NCBI GenBank assembly: GCA_043228905.1
Contig: JBHGNT010000016.1
Location: 3,038,001 to 3,102,000, forward strand
Length of the DNA stretch: 64,000 bases
Direction of reading: 5' to 3'
Source of the DNA: Azolla caroliniana
Taxonomy: Eukaryota > Plantae > Polypodiophyta
Position numbers and translations under genes: made by a program. The notes beneath the pieces were generated by a model. That model was not told where the DNA came from, did not search any database, and worked only from the letters and a program-made list of their open reading frames with translations. Shown one piece after another: positions 25,919-39,166 of the stretch (positions are counted from its first letter, which is position 1; each line of letters starts with the position of its first letter).

Positions 25919-26468
25919 TCGTAATTCTCAGACTTCTCCTCTTGCACCTAATGCGATTAATGATAGCTTGTTCCATCCACCACAAAGGGACATATATGCT
26001 GGACCCAAGCTGACGAAAATAACGGAAACGAGGTGGCAAGGAAACTTGCAAGAATTGAAGGTGGGTATATTAATTGCTACACCTAGTGATGATAATGAGT
26101 TGGGACCTCAATTAGGGATTGGTAAGGTTTTAGATGTGGTGATGCATGAGAACCAAAGCCAAATCCAATCTATAAAGATGCATTGGTACAACACTAGAAG
26201 CAAAAATGCCTTTACTGGCAAGTATGCATTAGAGATGATGGAATGTCCACGGTCAAGGGGGAATAGAAAGAGGAAAAGAAATATTCGTAGCAGTTCATGC
26301 CTAGACATTGGTGACGTAGATATTATTGTTTACGACTTCACACTAACAAAACTTGGACATCTCAGGAAGTCTACAATAGATATCATCAAGGAGAAATTAC
26401 CTATTCTACAAGGGGTCTCAAGTCGAAGGCAAATAAGATCGTCCATAACATGGAATGTCAACATCTAG
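25919..26468 (+). pseudogene. C-terminal continuation of the Sola-like transposase
   Basis: Removing the LTR element restores CAA CAG TGT CGT AAT TCT (QQCRNS) in frame with ORF 14129-14398; continues GIGKVLDV...KMHWY. Confidence 0.7.
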
Positions 26469-27165
26469 TTTTAGATGAAGACAATGCCTTAATAGGTACA
26501 TCCTTAGATGACGAGGAACAATCCGCATTGTATATTAGTTATAGTCGCAACTCTGGATCATGATACAAGTGATTTTTGTAAATGTTGCACTCGTCAATGT
26601 AATTTTGGTATCTATTGTAATAGAGTGTCGTTTGTAATACTTGAAAGATGTAAAAGTTATGTTTAGAAATATTATTGCTTTGTACAAACATTGTTTGTTA
26701 TAAAATACATTACTTCTTGACTTCTTAGTGATAGTGAACATTGTACCATTTCGATTATAGCATAATTTTAGCGTTTTTTCAAGTTTACGAAATGATGAAT
26801 TTTTGAGGTTTTCCAATGGTATTTTGAGAACATGTGATACTGGTATCATTATGTTTTGTGAATAGAGTACCTAAACCCCAAAATTAGAAGGAATATTCCT
26901 TATCGTTCCATTTTTGCGCGATCCTTCCACTTCTGAACGCGAACGTGTTACAACTACACAACCATTTATTGGACATAAAATTTCACACACTTATTTGTAA
27001 ATACACTTACACATTCTAGTTGTACAATCAAACCACGCTACAACTTGAAGAAGACCAATGCAGGGACCACCAAACAACCATTGTATGCGACCCTTTGTTA
27101 ACATAGCCATCTACCTTGTAATGTTCTGAATTGGTTTAGACGTGCTTATTAGGGGGCTATCATAC

Positions 27166-30100
27166 TGTAATATCTAAGTCGTCGACTTTATTGGACTGAC
27201 CTAATGTGTGTCATAGGGTACCCCGCACATGATTGGTCAGGTAGATGTCATTACATGGCCTAGGTCCTATAAATTGGGGAGACTCTCCTTGGTTAAGGGG
27301 GACCCCATGAGTGGTTCAGACGAAGCTCTCCATAGATCATTAACGTTAATGGGTGGATTATAGGGATGATTATACAGTTGATTAAAAGGATGATAATATA
27401 ATTATATGGATAAGATCATCATCATTTATCAATCGATACGAAGGAGAGAGATAAGAGAAGAAATCAATGTTGAGAGGGATCATGAGTATGAGATGGATGG
27501 GAGGAATAAGGCTATGATGAGTGAATAGATCATCATTATTGGGATGACCATCATCACTATTTTGTTAGTACAATGATTCTCAAGAGGAATATTGGGATGA
27601 TGAGTGAAGAGATCATCATTATTTGGATGATCATCATCATCTTTTGGTTAGTACAGACTATAGTGATTCTCAAGGAAGTTGCCTACTATCCCCACTGACT
27701 TCCAAAAAGGGGATGTTTATCTCTAAAATCTAAACTAGAAAATTTTCATAACTAAAAAAGGAGAATTTCCTAGTTTGGAAGCATTCAAGAAAGTAACCTT
27801 AGAGAGTTGGTCACCGACTAGTACTCACCGACTTCTTAAAAGGGAAGGTATTGCTCCTAATGTCTAATTTAGAAATTCCTATAGATAAAAAAGGGATAAA
27901 TGCCTAAATTGGACATATCTAGGGGGAATGTTTTTTAAATTCCTATAGATAAAAAAGGGATAAATGCCTAAATTGGATATATCTAGGGGGAATGTTTTTT
28001 ACTCGCCGACTTAAGAAAATTGGGTATATAAGTATTCCCACTCTCTCATTATCTATCACTCTTCAGTTACTCATCTAAATCCTAAAGTCTTTTATAATAC
28101 ACTTTAGTACTTTAGACTTTAGTATACTTATTTCTTTCCTCTCTCAATTCTCCTTATTTCTTTCCTCCTCTCGTAATTCCGCACATCACACATCTCCCAA
28201 TCATCATAGTTTTTCGACACATCCCACATCTCCCACCCGTCAAGGTCATCCAATTTCTCCTATACGAGATGAGGACAACCGACCAATATCTCCGGTTCGT
28301 GACAAGGATATTAACGATGATATCAAATTTGTCACGAGGGATGATTTCCGCAAAATGCAAGATGATATTGTCAAGTCAATGACAATGGTCACAACTGCGT
28401 TTTCCTCCAAACTTGAAGGGCTTCTTGATGCCAATAGGCATCAATTTGAAATGAAAACCTTCAACAACAAATTTTGGAGTTAAAGGCACATGCTTCCACA
28501 TCAAGCAATACGAAGAAAGCTTCATTTACTCCTCAATAGTTCTCAGGAAGGGATAAGCAATGCAACCACGAGTTTGTGAGCAGTTGGATAAACCGATGGA
28601 ATGCTCACTTTCGCCTCGAGAATATTGAGAATGTCTCTATAAAGATCGATATGGCGGTTCATGAGATGATCGGTGCTGCAAACTCATGGTGGGAGCGGTT
28701 GGATAGAAAACCAGGAACGTGGGAGGCATTTGAAAAGACTCTCAGGATGGAATTTGTCCGTTCCAAGACAACTTCTTAAGTGATACAAGATATGTGTCAC
28801 TTGTCAGATAAGGGCAGGACTATTGACCAATTCAATCAGTATTTCCTCAAGTTAATAACAAAGCATGGACTTTTGTCGGCATCTAATGAGGAAATATAGA
28901 TAGGATTATATATTAATAGTTTTCATAATAAAGATTTTCATTATAAGATCCATACTCATCAACCCAAGACCTTGGGAGAAGCGATGGAACGTGCCCGCAT
29001 TCTGTTTGACACAAAACCTCGTTACCAACTAAAAGAGTCAGAAGGAGAAAGCGACAAACGTAGATACCAACCTTCTCTGATAGGTCAAGGCGACAATGCG
29101 AAAAGACGGGTAATAATCTGCAACTTTTGTAAGAAGCTTGGGCATAAAGCCAACGAGTGTAGGTGGAGAAAGAAGAGTGGTAACTCCAACAATCTGCAAA
29201 GAAAGCCATCAACTTCCAATAATCCAAGTATGTTCTTGAATTATTTGAATTCCGTTAGTTCTATTGCATTACAAAAAAATATTCTCGGACCACACGATTT
29301 ACTTAAAACTTATGGGACTATCCACAATCAAAGTGTAACTATACTATTTGACTATGGTAGCACTCATAATTTTCTTGACTCTAATATGGTTCAGATATTA
29401 CGAATAAAAACAACCAAAAGTGACCCCGACTACAAAGTCCTTATTGCGGGAGGCCATGTCCAAAGGCATTCATTAATTGCACATGGTGTACCCCTAATAA
29501 TAAATAACTACATTGAAAAGTTGACTTTTCATGTAATGCATTTATGAACGGTAGATGTAGTTCTTCGTTACATATGGTTTTATAATAGACATAGTCTTTA
29601 TATCGATTTGCCAAATCATACTATTTCTTTTGAAGGAAATAACAACCAACAAGTTTTTATTCATGGGATTGTGATAAACAATTTAATGTCTGTTAATCAT
29701 CTTTATGCTTATGATCAAAACGTCGATGCACAATTTTATGCATGTATATTAGAGCCCAATGATCCTCCGTATCAATTTGTAGATAAGAGTTCATTGGACA
29801 ATTTTGAGAAAGATGCTCTACGTGACATCTTGTTGAATTTTAAGGAGATATTCCCGGATAAGTTACCTCAAGGACTACCTCCTTCTCGGCCTATAGATCA
29901 TAAGATAAACTTGGTTCCATGCGCTAAACCTGTGAGCATAACCCCATATCGGTTGAGTTGAACCGAAGAGGATGAAATTGCCCGACAAATCAAGGAATAC
30001 TTGAGGATGGGACACATCCGGTACAGTAAATCGCCATGGGGAGCTCCTGTCATCTTAGCCAAGAAGAAGGATGGAACATGGCGAATGCATGTGAATTACA

Positions 30101-32644
30101 AAAGTTTGAATAAACTCACCATTCGCAATTCCTACCCTTTGCCTCGTTATGATGACTTGATAGATAGACTCCAAAGTGCAAGATATTTTACTAAGATAGA
30201 CTTGTGCACTGGCTATCATCAGATCAGGGTTTCGGAAGAAGATGTTTCCAAAACAACTTTCTGAACTCGTTATGGTCATTATGAGTTTCGGGTTCTACCA
30301 TTTGGGTTAACCGATGCTCCAGCCACATTCTAGCAATTGATGAATGATATATTCAGAGATCAACTTGGTGATATCATGGTATATAGTAATACATTTGAGG
30401 ATCATATGCGTCATGTCTGAATAGTTTTGGACAATCTTCATGAATACAAGCTATTTCCCAAACTAGCTAACTGTGATTTCTTTCAAAAGGAGATTACGTA
30501 TCTTGGACACCACATATCTAGGTCGGGTGTGTCTTTTGATAAATCTAAGATGGAAGCAGTATTAAATTGGTCACAGCCTTCAAATGTTAAGGAGCTACGA
30601 TCTTTCTTAGGATTTGTTGGATTCCTAAGAATATCTCTTCAAAACTATTCATCCTACGCTACACCTACGGACCTATTGAAGGGTATTACAAGAAAGTCCA
30701 CTAAACCTATTGAGTGGAATGTCTCTCTTGAAGAAACCTTCAATAAATTGAAGTCATTAATTGTGAATGCACCTACTTTACCTATATCTGATCCAAATCA
30801 AACATTCGAAGTTGAGACGGATGCAAGTGATTATGCTATTGGGGCTGCATTATTTCAAATTGGGGGACCGATTGCTTTTGAAAGCAAAAAATTGGATTCG
30901 GCCCAAAGAAATTACTCGGTTCAAGAAAAAGAATTATTTGCTATTATTTACGCCTTAAAGAAATGGCGACATTATTTATATGGTAGTAAATTTACTGTTT
31001 TAACAGATCACAAATCCTTGCAATACTTCCTCTCTCAAAAGAATTTTGAGGGTCAAAAGGCAAGATGGACAGAGTTGATGCAAGACTTTGATTTCGAAAT
31101 TAGATATGGAAAAGGGGATTTGAATTCCGTTGTCGATGCCCTGAGTCGTATTCCAGAAATTAATGCCCTAAGTTTCGTGGAATTTAATGACGACTTATAT
31201 GATTTGATCCGGGGTAAACAAAAATACCTTGATGACAGAACATTTTCGAAGTTCTGGAAGAGAGCTTAAACAGGTATTGACGTCGATCATGGAACCACTT
31301 CTACCTCGAAGAACCTTTACTATGTTGCAAATGGGTTATTGTACCGCAATAGTAAGGACATCAAGAATAAAATTTTGTATGAGTGTCATGATGCCCCTTC
31401 TGATGGACATCTAGGTGTGCAATGAACATTAGCTTTGATTAAAGCTAGGTTTTTCTGGCCAAAAATGAAACCTGAGGTAGAGTCCTATGTCATTCGTTGT
31501 CCACAATGTCAGGTCATTAAGGCTGAGCGACAGAAAAAAACTGGCTTATTGCAACCTCTCGATATTCTAGCTGAAAACTGGCAAAGTATATCCATGGATT
31601 TCATAGTTGGATTACCTCGTTCCGTTGAGGGAAATAATGCCATTTGGGTGATTGTTGATCGTCTTACCAAAATGGCAAGATTCATTCCAACAAAATCCAC
31701 AATTACCGCAAAGCAATTGGCTATTAAGTTTATTAAACATCTTTATAGCTTATATGATCTACCGATGGAGATTGTAAGTGATCGAGACTCCAAGTTTACA
31801 AGTACATTTTGGTCAGAAGTTATGAAGAAACTACAAACAACCTTGAGTCGCAGTTCTTTTGATCATCCTTAGTTAGATGGGCAGACTGAGAGAGTGAATC
31901 AGATATTAGAGGATATGTTGAGAGCATATGTAGCGCAAAAACCCTCATTATGTGAGACTTACCTTCCTATGGTGGAATTTGCCTACAACAGCACTAAGCA
32001 TATCAACAAAATACAGTCCGTTCATGTTGATGTATGGTTATACGCCACGTCCTCCTATTGATGTTTCGTTTGATTCGCATACTTTGGATAGTACAAAGTA
32101 TTTTCTGTCTGATATGCTTGAAGCACGTAAATTGGTAGAAGAAAGCCTTAAGATGGCACAGGACAAAAATGTCTTTTCTGCGAATCATGAAAGAAAACCG
32201 AGGGAATTTCACGTAGGACAACAAGTTTTTCTATGGGTTCCTAAGGACTCAACAACATTGAGAACATGACCGTGTGCAAAATTAGCTCCAAGGTATTGTG
32301 GACCATATAAAGTTTTAAAACGTATAGATCCCAATGCTTATCGTTTGGATTTGCCTTCCAATCTGATGGTTCATCCCATATTCCACATGAGTCGATTAAA
32401 GGAGGCGATTGGTTATGATGATAATTTTTTAACACCGTCTAATTTATCAACATTAGAGGATGATCACTTTGCTCCACATGAACCTGAGAAAATCCTCGAC
32501 CATAGGTCTAGAAACCTAAGGTCAAAAGTTGTTCATCGCTATAACGTTAAGTGGAAGGATAGATTGGAAGAAGACAACACATGGGAAACTGAAGAGACAT
32601 TACGCAAACATTTTCTTAACTTCCCATTGCAAGAGTGCAATTAA
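27166..32644 (+). mobile_element. decayed Ty3/Gypsy chromovirus, 3' LTR absent, 5' boundary uncertain
   Basis: Gag knuckle CNFCKKLGHKANEC, protease LFDYGSTHNF, RT SPWGAPV and KIDL, RNase H ETDASDYAIGA, integrase SMDFIVGLP and SDRD, chromodomain EPEKILDHR...VKWKD...NTWE. Many stops. Confidence 0.9.
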
Positions 32645-32660
32645 ACGTTTTCTTAACATT

Positions 32661-35600
32661 TTCATGATTAAGATATTATGACACTATAGGACTTTAGGAA
32701 GTAAAAGACATAAAGGCCAACACAAAGATCCTCACTAATGTTCATACACATTAGAAAGAAAGGCCCCTTTTGGAGAGGTAAGCGTTATGGCAATCCCACT
32801 AAGTAAATTCCAAGTAATCACAATGTTATAAATTTGTTAATATCAACACAAGATGGTGAACAAAATTTAAGGAGAAGAAATAGTTGAACTTTATCCACAC
32901 AAATGCAATTTCATCATGAAGAACTTTAAGGAGACTTAAGCTATTTCTCCACCAAAGCTTTTGCAAGAAATCTCTAGGTATTCCTACATTTACTACTGTC
33001 ATCGTTGTATAGAAGTTTTAGTAGATACACATCCAAGGTATAGCATTACAAGGTTTTATAGTGATTATAATTATCCTTCAAGCAATTTCATGTGTAAAAG
33101 AACCACTCAACATATACATATTACATCCAAAAGGTGAACTTATGGAAATATGTAGATAATTCAAACCTAGGCAATTATATGTTTGGCAGGACCAATTGAG
33201 ATATGGCATATTAATCTGAAAGGTAAAGTTGTGGAGGGTGTAGATACATGTCAAAAACAAAGAGCCTAGAAGTGATGTAGCAAGTTAACAATCTTGGGAG
33301 TGCCTTTTCTAGGATACATTTCTAGGTTCAACTTAGATTCCACAACCAATACCTATGTAACCAGAAGAAATTGCACTTACATAGTTTTAAAAAACTATAA
33401 GAAATAATAAATGTATATGATGTATTCCATACCTTAGGATTTGAGCAACACAAAAAAGATCTGGCTGAAAGCTATCTTCTTTCAGCATTTGTACAACACT
33501 CCTCAGGGCCTGCATACAAACAGTCAACATATCATCAAGTATCTAGTACAGAACTATCATCCATTTCCATATGCATCTACACAAATTTCTAAACTGTGAT
33601 GGAAAATTTTATATTAAATATCAATATGTGCAAAAATACCATTTTTGATTATGCGCACAAAGTTGACAAGCTAGGCTCCCCATGGGCCATATCTTGATCT
33701 ATGATGTCATTAATCTCTTTCAGAACAAAACAAAAGATATATGCGTTCATCCAAATGGAGGTACTACATGATTGCATTTTTTATGAAAATTGTCTTGATC
33801 CATTAACTCGATTTTGTCAATTTCAATGATTCCAAACCATGGTGGACGATGATTAAAAGTCACAATAGATATCAACATACACTTACAGAAGTATTTTTGA
33901 GGTCTGCACATGCATGATATACCGTCAAGCGCCGATCAACAATATTTGCACGGCTGGGTACAAAATCAATGTTGGGCAAACCATAAATATACTCGTCAGT
34001 CTCATCAATTATATCCCCTCCATCTCGTCCACCTCCAAACATGTCTAGACCAGACCAGCTTCTTGCCTGCCTTAGTATATCAAGGATCTTTGAAGGATAA
34101 AAACTATGTGAGAAGTCAGATACAGTGAGCCTCATCAATAGGAACAGCAACTCAACACGCTTAGTATCTAACCTTATCAAATGTGTCTTTTTTCTTCACT
34201 TGTTGATTTTTCTCTGTTGCTATGAGTGCAGCATAGCAATACTTGTTTAGCGCAAGTCCAAATTCTATAATCCTTTGCACAACTCTTGCCCTGAAAACTT
34301 AGGAACAATTGTTCTTTATGCATATGTAATGGTAGTTATTCCTGAACAAACTTCTATATACTCACACTTCTTTTGGCAAACATACTGCCCTACATGCTCC
34401 TAGAAGTGTTGTTAATGTTTTCAATTTTGGACGCAAGCCAAAATGCAACATCTCCTCTACAACCTTAGCAGACAAAGATAATAAAGTTGCTTTTTATTCT
34501 GAATAAATAAAAGGTTGAGGTGAGCCCATGCCACATACACACACTCTACAAATAAAGCCATGAAACTCAACTCTTCTCGCAATTTGAGCAAAAATCGTAC
34601 ATTATTGCAAAATATTTAACGAGAACATCCAGGATCTATCATAGATGGAGTAAACATCTTGGTCAAAACATTCCCATTGATGTAGAATATTTAAGTCAAT
34701 CAACTTACCTTCCATGTTAAGCTTTAAATACTATTCAAAAATGGAAAATGCTTAACAAGAATTTCCTGGATCTATCATAGATGTAAAGACTCACATCTTG
34801 GCCAAATTAATGACCCACTACTCAGATATGTACTAGCAAATTTCCTTGGGAATTGGACTTTAATGACCCGATATATCTGGAATGATTTATTTCTCATTAC
34901 ATTGGATGCATTCGTATAAGTTTCCTGGACATAACTCTCTTTCGTTCTGCCAGATGCAAAATGAAATTCCAAATGAGATGTCAGTATCTGGGAATGAAAA
35001 GACTCAATAAAATTAAGTTTACAGCGTAATGGCAATGAACAGCTACACCATGTAAAGGATGAACCTAAAAAGCACGGCGTTGTTGGCAGCATCTACCACA
35101 TGTTGCAATCAAGCAATTGAATGTCAAATCCTAAAAAAACATTTACATTTTATATTCATTGTACAAACCTCATCCTCAATTATTCTACTACGTCTAAAAT
35201 TTTATAAAAGTTTGATTCTGAAACCAACTCCATAAAATCTCGTCTATTACCAAATGCCCATTAAAACCATTATGAATCCATAAACTTACATCAGGGATAT
35301 AGCCCATGCATTTCATCTCATTGTAAAAGTAAAAGGCGTCCTGTAGACGGCCACCTTTCATACATCCAACAAAGAGTGGTGCAAATGTATCTGAAATTGG
35401 TTGAATGCCATCAAGGATCATGTTGTCATAAACATCACGCAACAAAAATGGCCTACAAAAGCATGTGATTATGTATCATGTGAGACAGATACATTTGATG
35501 GATCACTGCTATCACAAAAGCCATGAAGAAGAATCAACGGTCAGAAATACCTGTTGAAATTATTTAGATTGTACAAAACATCGACATATTGATTTACATC

Positions 35601-36000
35601 TCTTGCATAATTTCTTCTTTCATAATCAGCTAAAACTACAGACGAATAAAATTGCACTCTTCCTACGCTTCCAGTACACTGATATAGATTCGTACCACCT
35701 ACTAAACATTCACAAGTATAAGCATCTACCATTTGGAATTCCAAAATGAGCAATTAATATGATATAAGTATCAGATTTCACCACTTCAAACATGTTGCAA
35801 AACAGCATAAACCAGCATAGCATGCCTCTTAATAAGTAGGAGAATTCTTTAATTCATTTGACAACCCATCTTACACTAATTCTATATCAAGGAGCTCTGA
35901 TAATGATATAAATATGGTTGTTCAAACAACCATACATAGTACTGTATATGAACATGGATGTTAGACAACCCATGAGTTGTGTTGTAGATTTATGCAGATT
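32661..36000. repeat. segmental duplication, copy 1 (copy 2 at 50260-53713)
   Basis: Collinear, high-identity match including introns. Copy 1 lacks about 105 bp of intron and 12 bp of exon. Confidence 0.95.
33433..35637 (-). pseudogene. internal exons of a mitochondrial P-type PPR gene (truncated duplicate)
   Basis: Exons RRNYARDVNQY, LLRDVYDNMILDGIQP...MKCMGYIPD and ILDILRQARSW...YHACADL (4-aa deletion). No first exon; 3' side abuts the chromovirus. Confidence 0.75.
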
Positions 36001-36242
36001 AAAATTGAAAATGTTTTAAGTATAAGAGGTAACATTGTAATCCTTAGTGCCATCATCTATGAATTTAATGCTCATTAACATCCTTATATTCACAACTCAA
36101 GAAATGTAGACAATATTAATAAATAGTTTTGATAAATCCACAACTCCTAAAATGTAGACGATATTGATAAACTGTTAAACTTTGACGTGAACATTAATAT
36201 ATCAATTTGAACATATCACATATTAGTTATTAGGGTATCCAG

Positions 36243-36752
36243 TGTCACGGACACACCAACCCTAGACTACGACAAAGCACAGATGACGAGGCTATGATTG
36301 ATAAGGTTACGAACATGGAACTAAACGTGATGAGGCTAGAAACTCTGGAAGTTGGGAGCGATGAGATGAGGAACTTAAGACGCTATGAACAATACAAGAG
36401 CATAAAGACAAAGATATAAATCAAGGAGAGAAGATGGGGCTTAGATTGATGTGTCAATGACTGGCCTTGAATTCCTTGAAAGGGACTAAGGAGGTTACAA
36501 GTATTTATAGTGCGAGTTGAAGTATATGTGTTAGAATATTCTTGAGAATATTTGGTAGAATATTCTAGAACTCTCTAGAACCTTCTAGTTCTAGAACTTT
36601 TTAAAAACTCCTACAACTTGAAATAGATAGTAATAATATACTAAGATAAATATGACTATGTATTTGGATGTGTTGGTTAGAACATAACACTTGACTATAT
36701 ACAAGAGGTGATGAGTTCGAATCTTGACATGACTATTGTCAGGTCCATGACA
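36243..36752 (-). mobile_element. solo LTR related to the 3026-5250 element
   Basis: TGTCA...TGACA termini with 5-bp TSD TCCAG (36238-36242 and 36753-36757). Begins with the reverse complement of the 5250 LTR end (TGTCACGGACACACCAA). tRNA-like box at 36665-36726. Confidence 0.88.
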
Positions 36753-37388
36753 TCCAGAATGCTCTCCTCTTCTTCCTTTCAAGAACTCCCCTCAAAATTT
36801 GTGTAGTATCTACTCCACATAGGCTAGCAATGATAGGGTCCTCAAATAGCTCGTCGACAAAATGATCAATAAGCTCCCTAGGTTCACCACCTAATGGAGA
36901 AATAAGTTCATGGGATGCAGATTGAAAATGTTAAGGCTTTAATCCTCATGTTAATAAATCTCACTTGTTGATCATCTTTTTTAAGTGCAACAGTATTTCT
37001 GAATAGCTTCAATGCAGATGCAGATGCAGTACACATTAACAATTTAAAATGAAGATTGTTTTAGCTAAACATAAACTATATTGATTTCTAAAGGCATAGC
37101 AAACAAAGTTATATTAATTTACATGAGTCGGAGAACAAATCTAGTATCCAATCTCCTTCATTGGAGAACATTTCAAATGACAAATATCAATATTAAGTAG
37201 AATGTATTGATGACAAAATCAAAATTCTCAATGTAAGATAAAAATTCCTTAATAAGCAAGGTTTTCTATCCCATGGCAATGAGATCTCAAGGCCTATCCT
37301 ATAGAGTATCCTAAGTGTTAGGAAACAGGTCCCTCCGGATGAGAAGTGAGAAGAGCAGTGTTGATGAGAAACTCGGCCGAGGCCAAAT

Positions 37389-37610
37389 CCGGATGAGGAG
37401 TACCCGGCTACGAAAGACCCGGTGAGAACCGGATGAGGAGTACCTGACTACGGAAGACCCAGTGAGAACCGGATGAGGAGTACCCGGCTACGAAAGACCC
37501 GGTGAGAACCGGATGAGGAGCACCCGGCTACGGAAGACCTGGTGAGAACCGGATGAGGAGTACCCGGCAAGAGCCGGATGGTGAAGGCCCGGTGAGAAGT
37601 GCTCACCGGA
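37389..37610. repeat. 40 bp tandem repeat (about 5 copies) in the Copia U3
   Basis: CCGGATGAGGAGTACCCGGCTACGRAAGACCCGGTGAGAA at 37389, 37429, 37469, 37509 and 37549. Confidence 0.92.
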
Positions 37611-39166
37611 TGAAGGGACATATTCGTAAATATGTTTCCTGAGAGGCCATCGGGGCTATAATTGTAAATAGCCGAAAAGTCATATTAGTATAAATATGAC
37701 TTAGGGCAAACTTAATGTGTAGTAGTTGTCATTCTTGTTGGCGCAAGATTAGAGCGCAACAGTGTACAGAGAGAGAGAGAGAGAGACGAAGATTTCGTAT
37801 CTCTATTGTAACCGCCGCTTGTGGCGAAGACAGTGAACAAGAGGTCGTTGCCTCTGTGTTCATCTATTGTATATTGTTACATAGTGATAGTTTGTAGTCT
37901 GTGGGCTGTCGTGGTTTTTCCCTAGTTTGGGTTTTCCACGTTAACATCCTGTGTACTCTTCTCTTCACTGTGTCGTGCATTCATTCCCCATTTTTCTGTG
38001 TTTTATGATTCTAAGCTCGGTTGAGGCCAAGCGTTGTTCATCAGAGCGTGTAGTTCTTGTCAAAGTGGTATCAGAGTGAAACGACACAGAAAATGGGAGG
38101 CATGTTCAAGCTCACCGGCTCCAACTATTCGGTGTGGAAGTCGAAGATGAGGGACATGCTCGTGGTTAAAGATCTTTGGTTGCCGGTTCAGTTCGGGGAC
38201 AAGAGGCCGGACAAAATCGACTCCGCACATGAAGACAACGGCGTACATACGGTGCTTCATCGACATGAGTCTATACAACAACTTCAATGAAGAGAGCAAG
38301 GCTCATGAGCTCTGGGAGAAGATCGACATTATGTTTCAAAACAAAAATGTTGTTAATCAGGTTTTGGTATTTCGGAAGCTAGTAAGCCTCCGGTACCAAG
38401 ATGGCTCCAGCATGGCGGAGCACATGAATGCCTTCCAGGGGCTGATCCACCAAGCAACATCATTGGAAGTACCTCTTGCCGATGAGGTACTAGCACTACT
38501 CCTGCTCGGTTCCCTCTCAGATAGCTGGGAGACGTTGATTGTCACCTTGGGCAACGCCGGGCCGGAAGGGAAACGGTTATCCCTAGCAAGAGTGAAGTCA
38601 AGCTTGCTAGATGAGGAGGCGCGTCGGAAAGATAAGGATACGAGCTCCGACTCCAAAGCGCTTCTTACCGAATCGGAATGCGGAAGACAAAGGAATCGTA
38701 GTCCCCAGAACCGGGAAAAGTCGGGGACACGGTCAAAATCAAGGGGGAGGCCTACTTGCTTCTATTGCAGCAAGCCGGGACACTTCCAGAAGAACTGTCG
38801 GCACTTCTGAAAAGACAAGGAAACCGACAGTACCGATTCGACGCGGACACCGGACCGGAATGGTAAAGACCGGAGGGGGCCGGACCGGAAGGGAACGACA
38901 GCAATCGCGGCAAGTGAAGAAGAGTTGATGCTCATCACCGAGGAGAGTGAGCTAAACCTTGCCTGTGACGAGATGACCTGGGTGGTCGACTCCGGAGCGT
39001 CGTTCCACCTCACCCCGGACCAGAAATGCTTCTCATCCTACTCAGTCGGTGATCACGGCTGTGTCCAGATGGGGAATGAAGGTACATGCCGAATTGTCGG
39101 CATAGGAGACGTGTGGTTGACAACACCAACCGGATGCAAGCTGCTGCTGAAGGATGTCCGACACGT

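Larger units (their letters stand above)
10033..26949. mobile_element. Sola1-like TIR DNA transposon carrying nested retroelements
   Basis: About 35 bp TIRs: AACACGTTCGTGTTTAGACGTGGAAGGATCGTGCA (10033) and the reverse complement of TGCGCGATCCTTCCACTTCTGAACGCGAACGTGTT (ends 26949). 4-bp TSD ACAA at 10029-10032 and 26950-26953. Transposase motifs inside. Confidence 0.8.

Noticed and set aside
27166-27255. 90 bp TGTAAT...ATTACA segment as the chromovirus LTR
   Set aside because: No second copy and no convincing PBS; cannot be supported.
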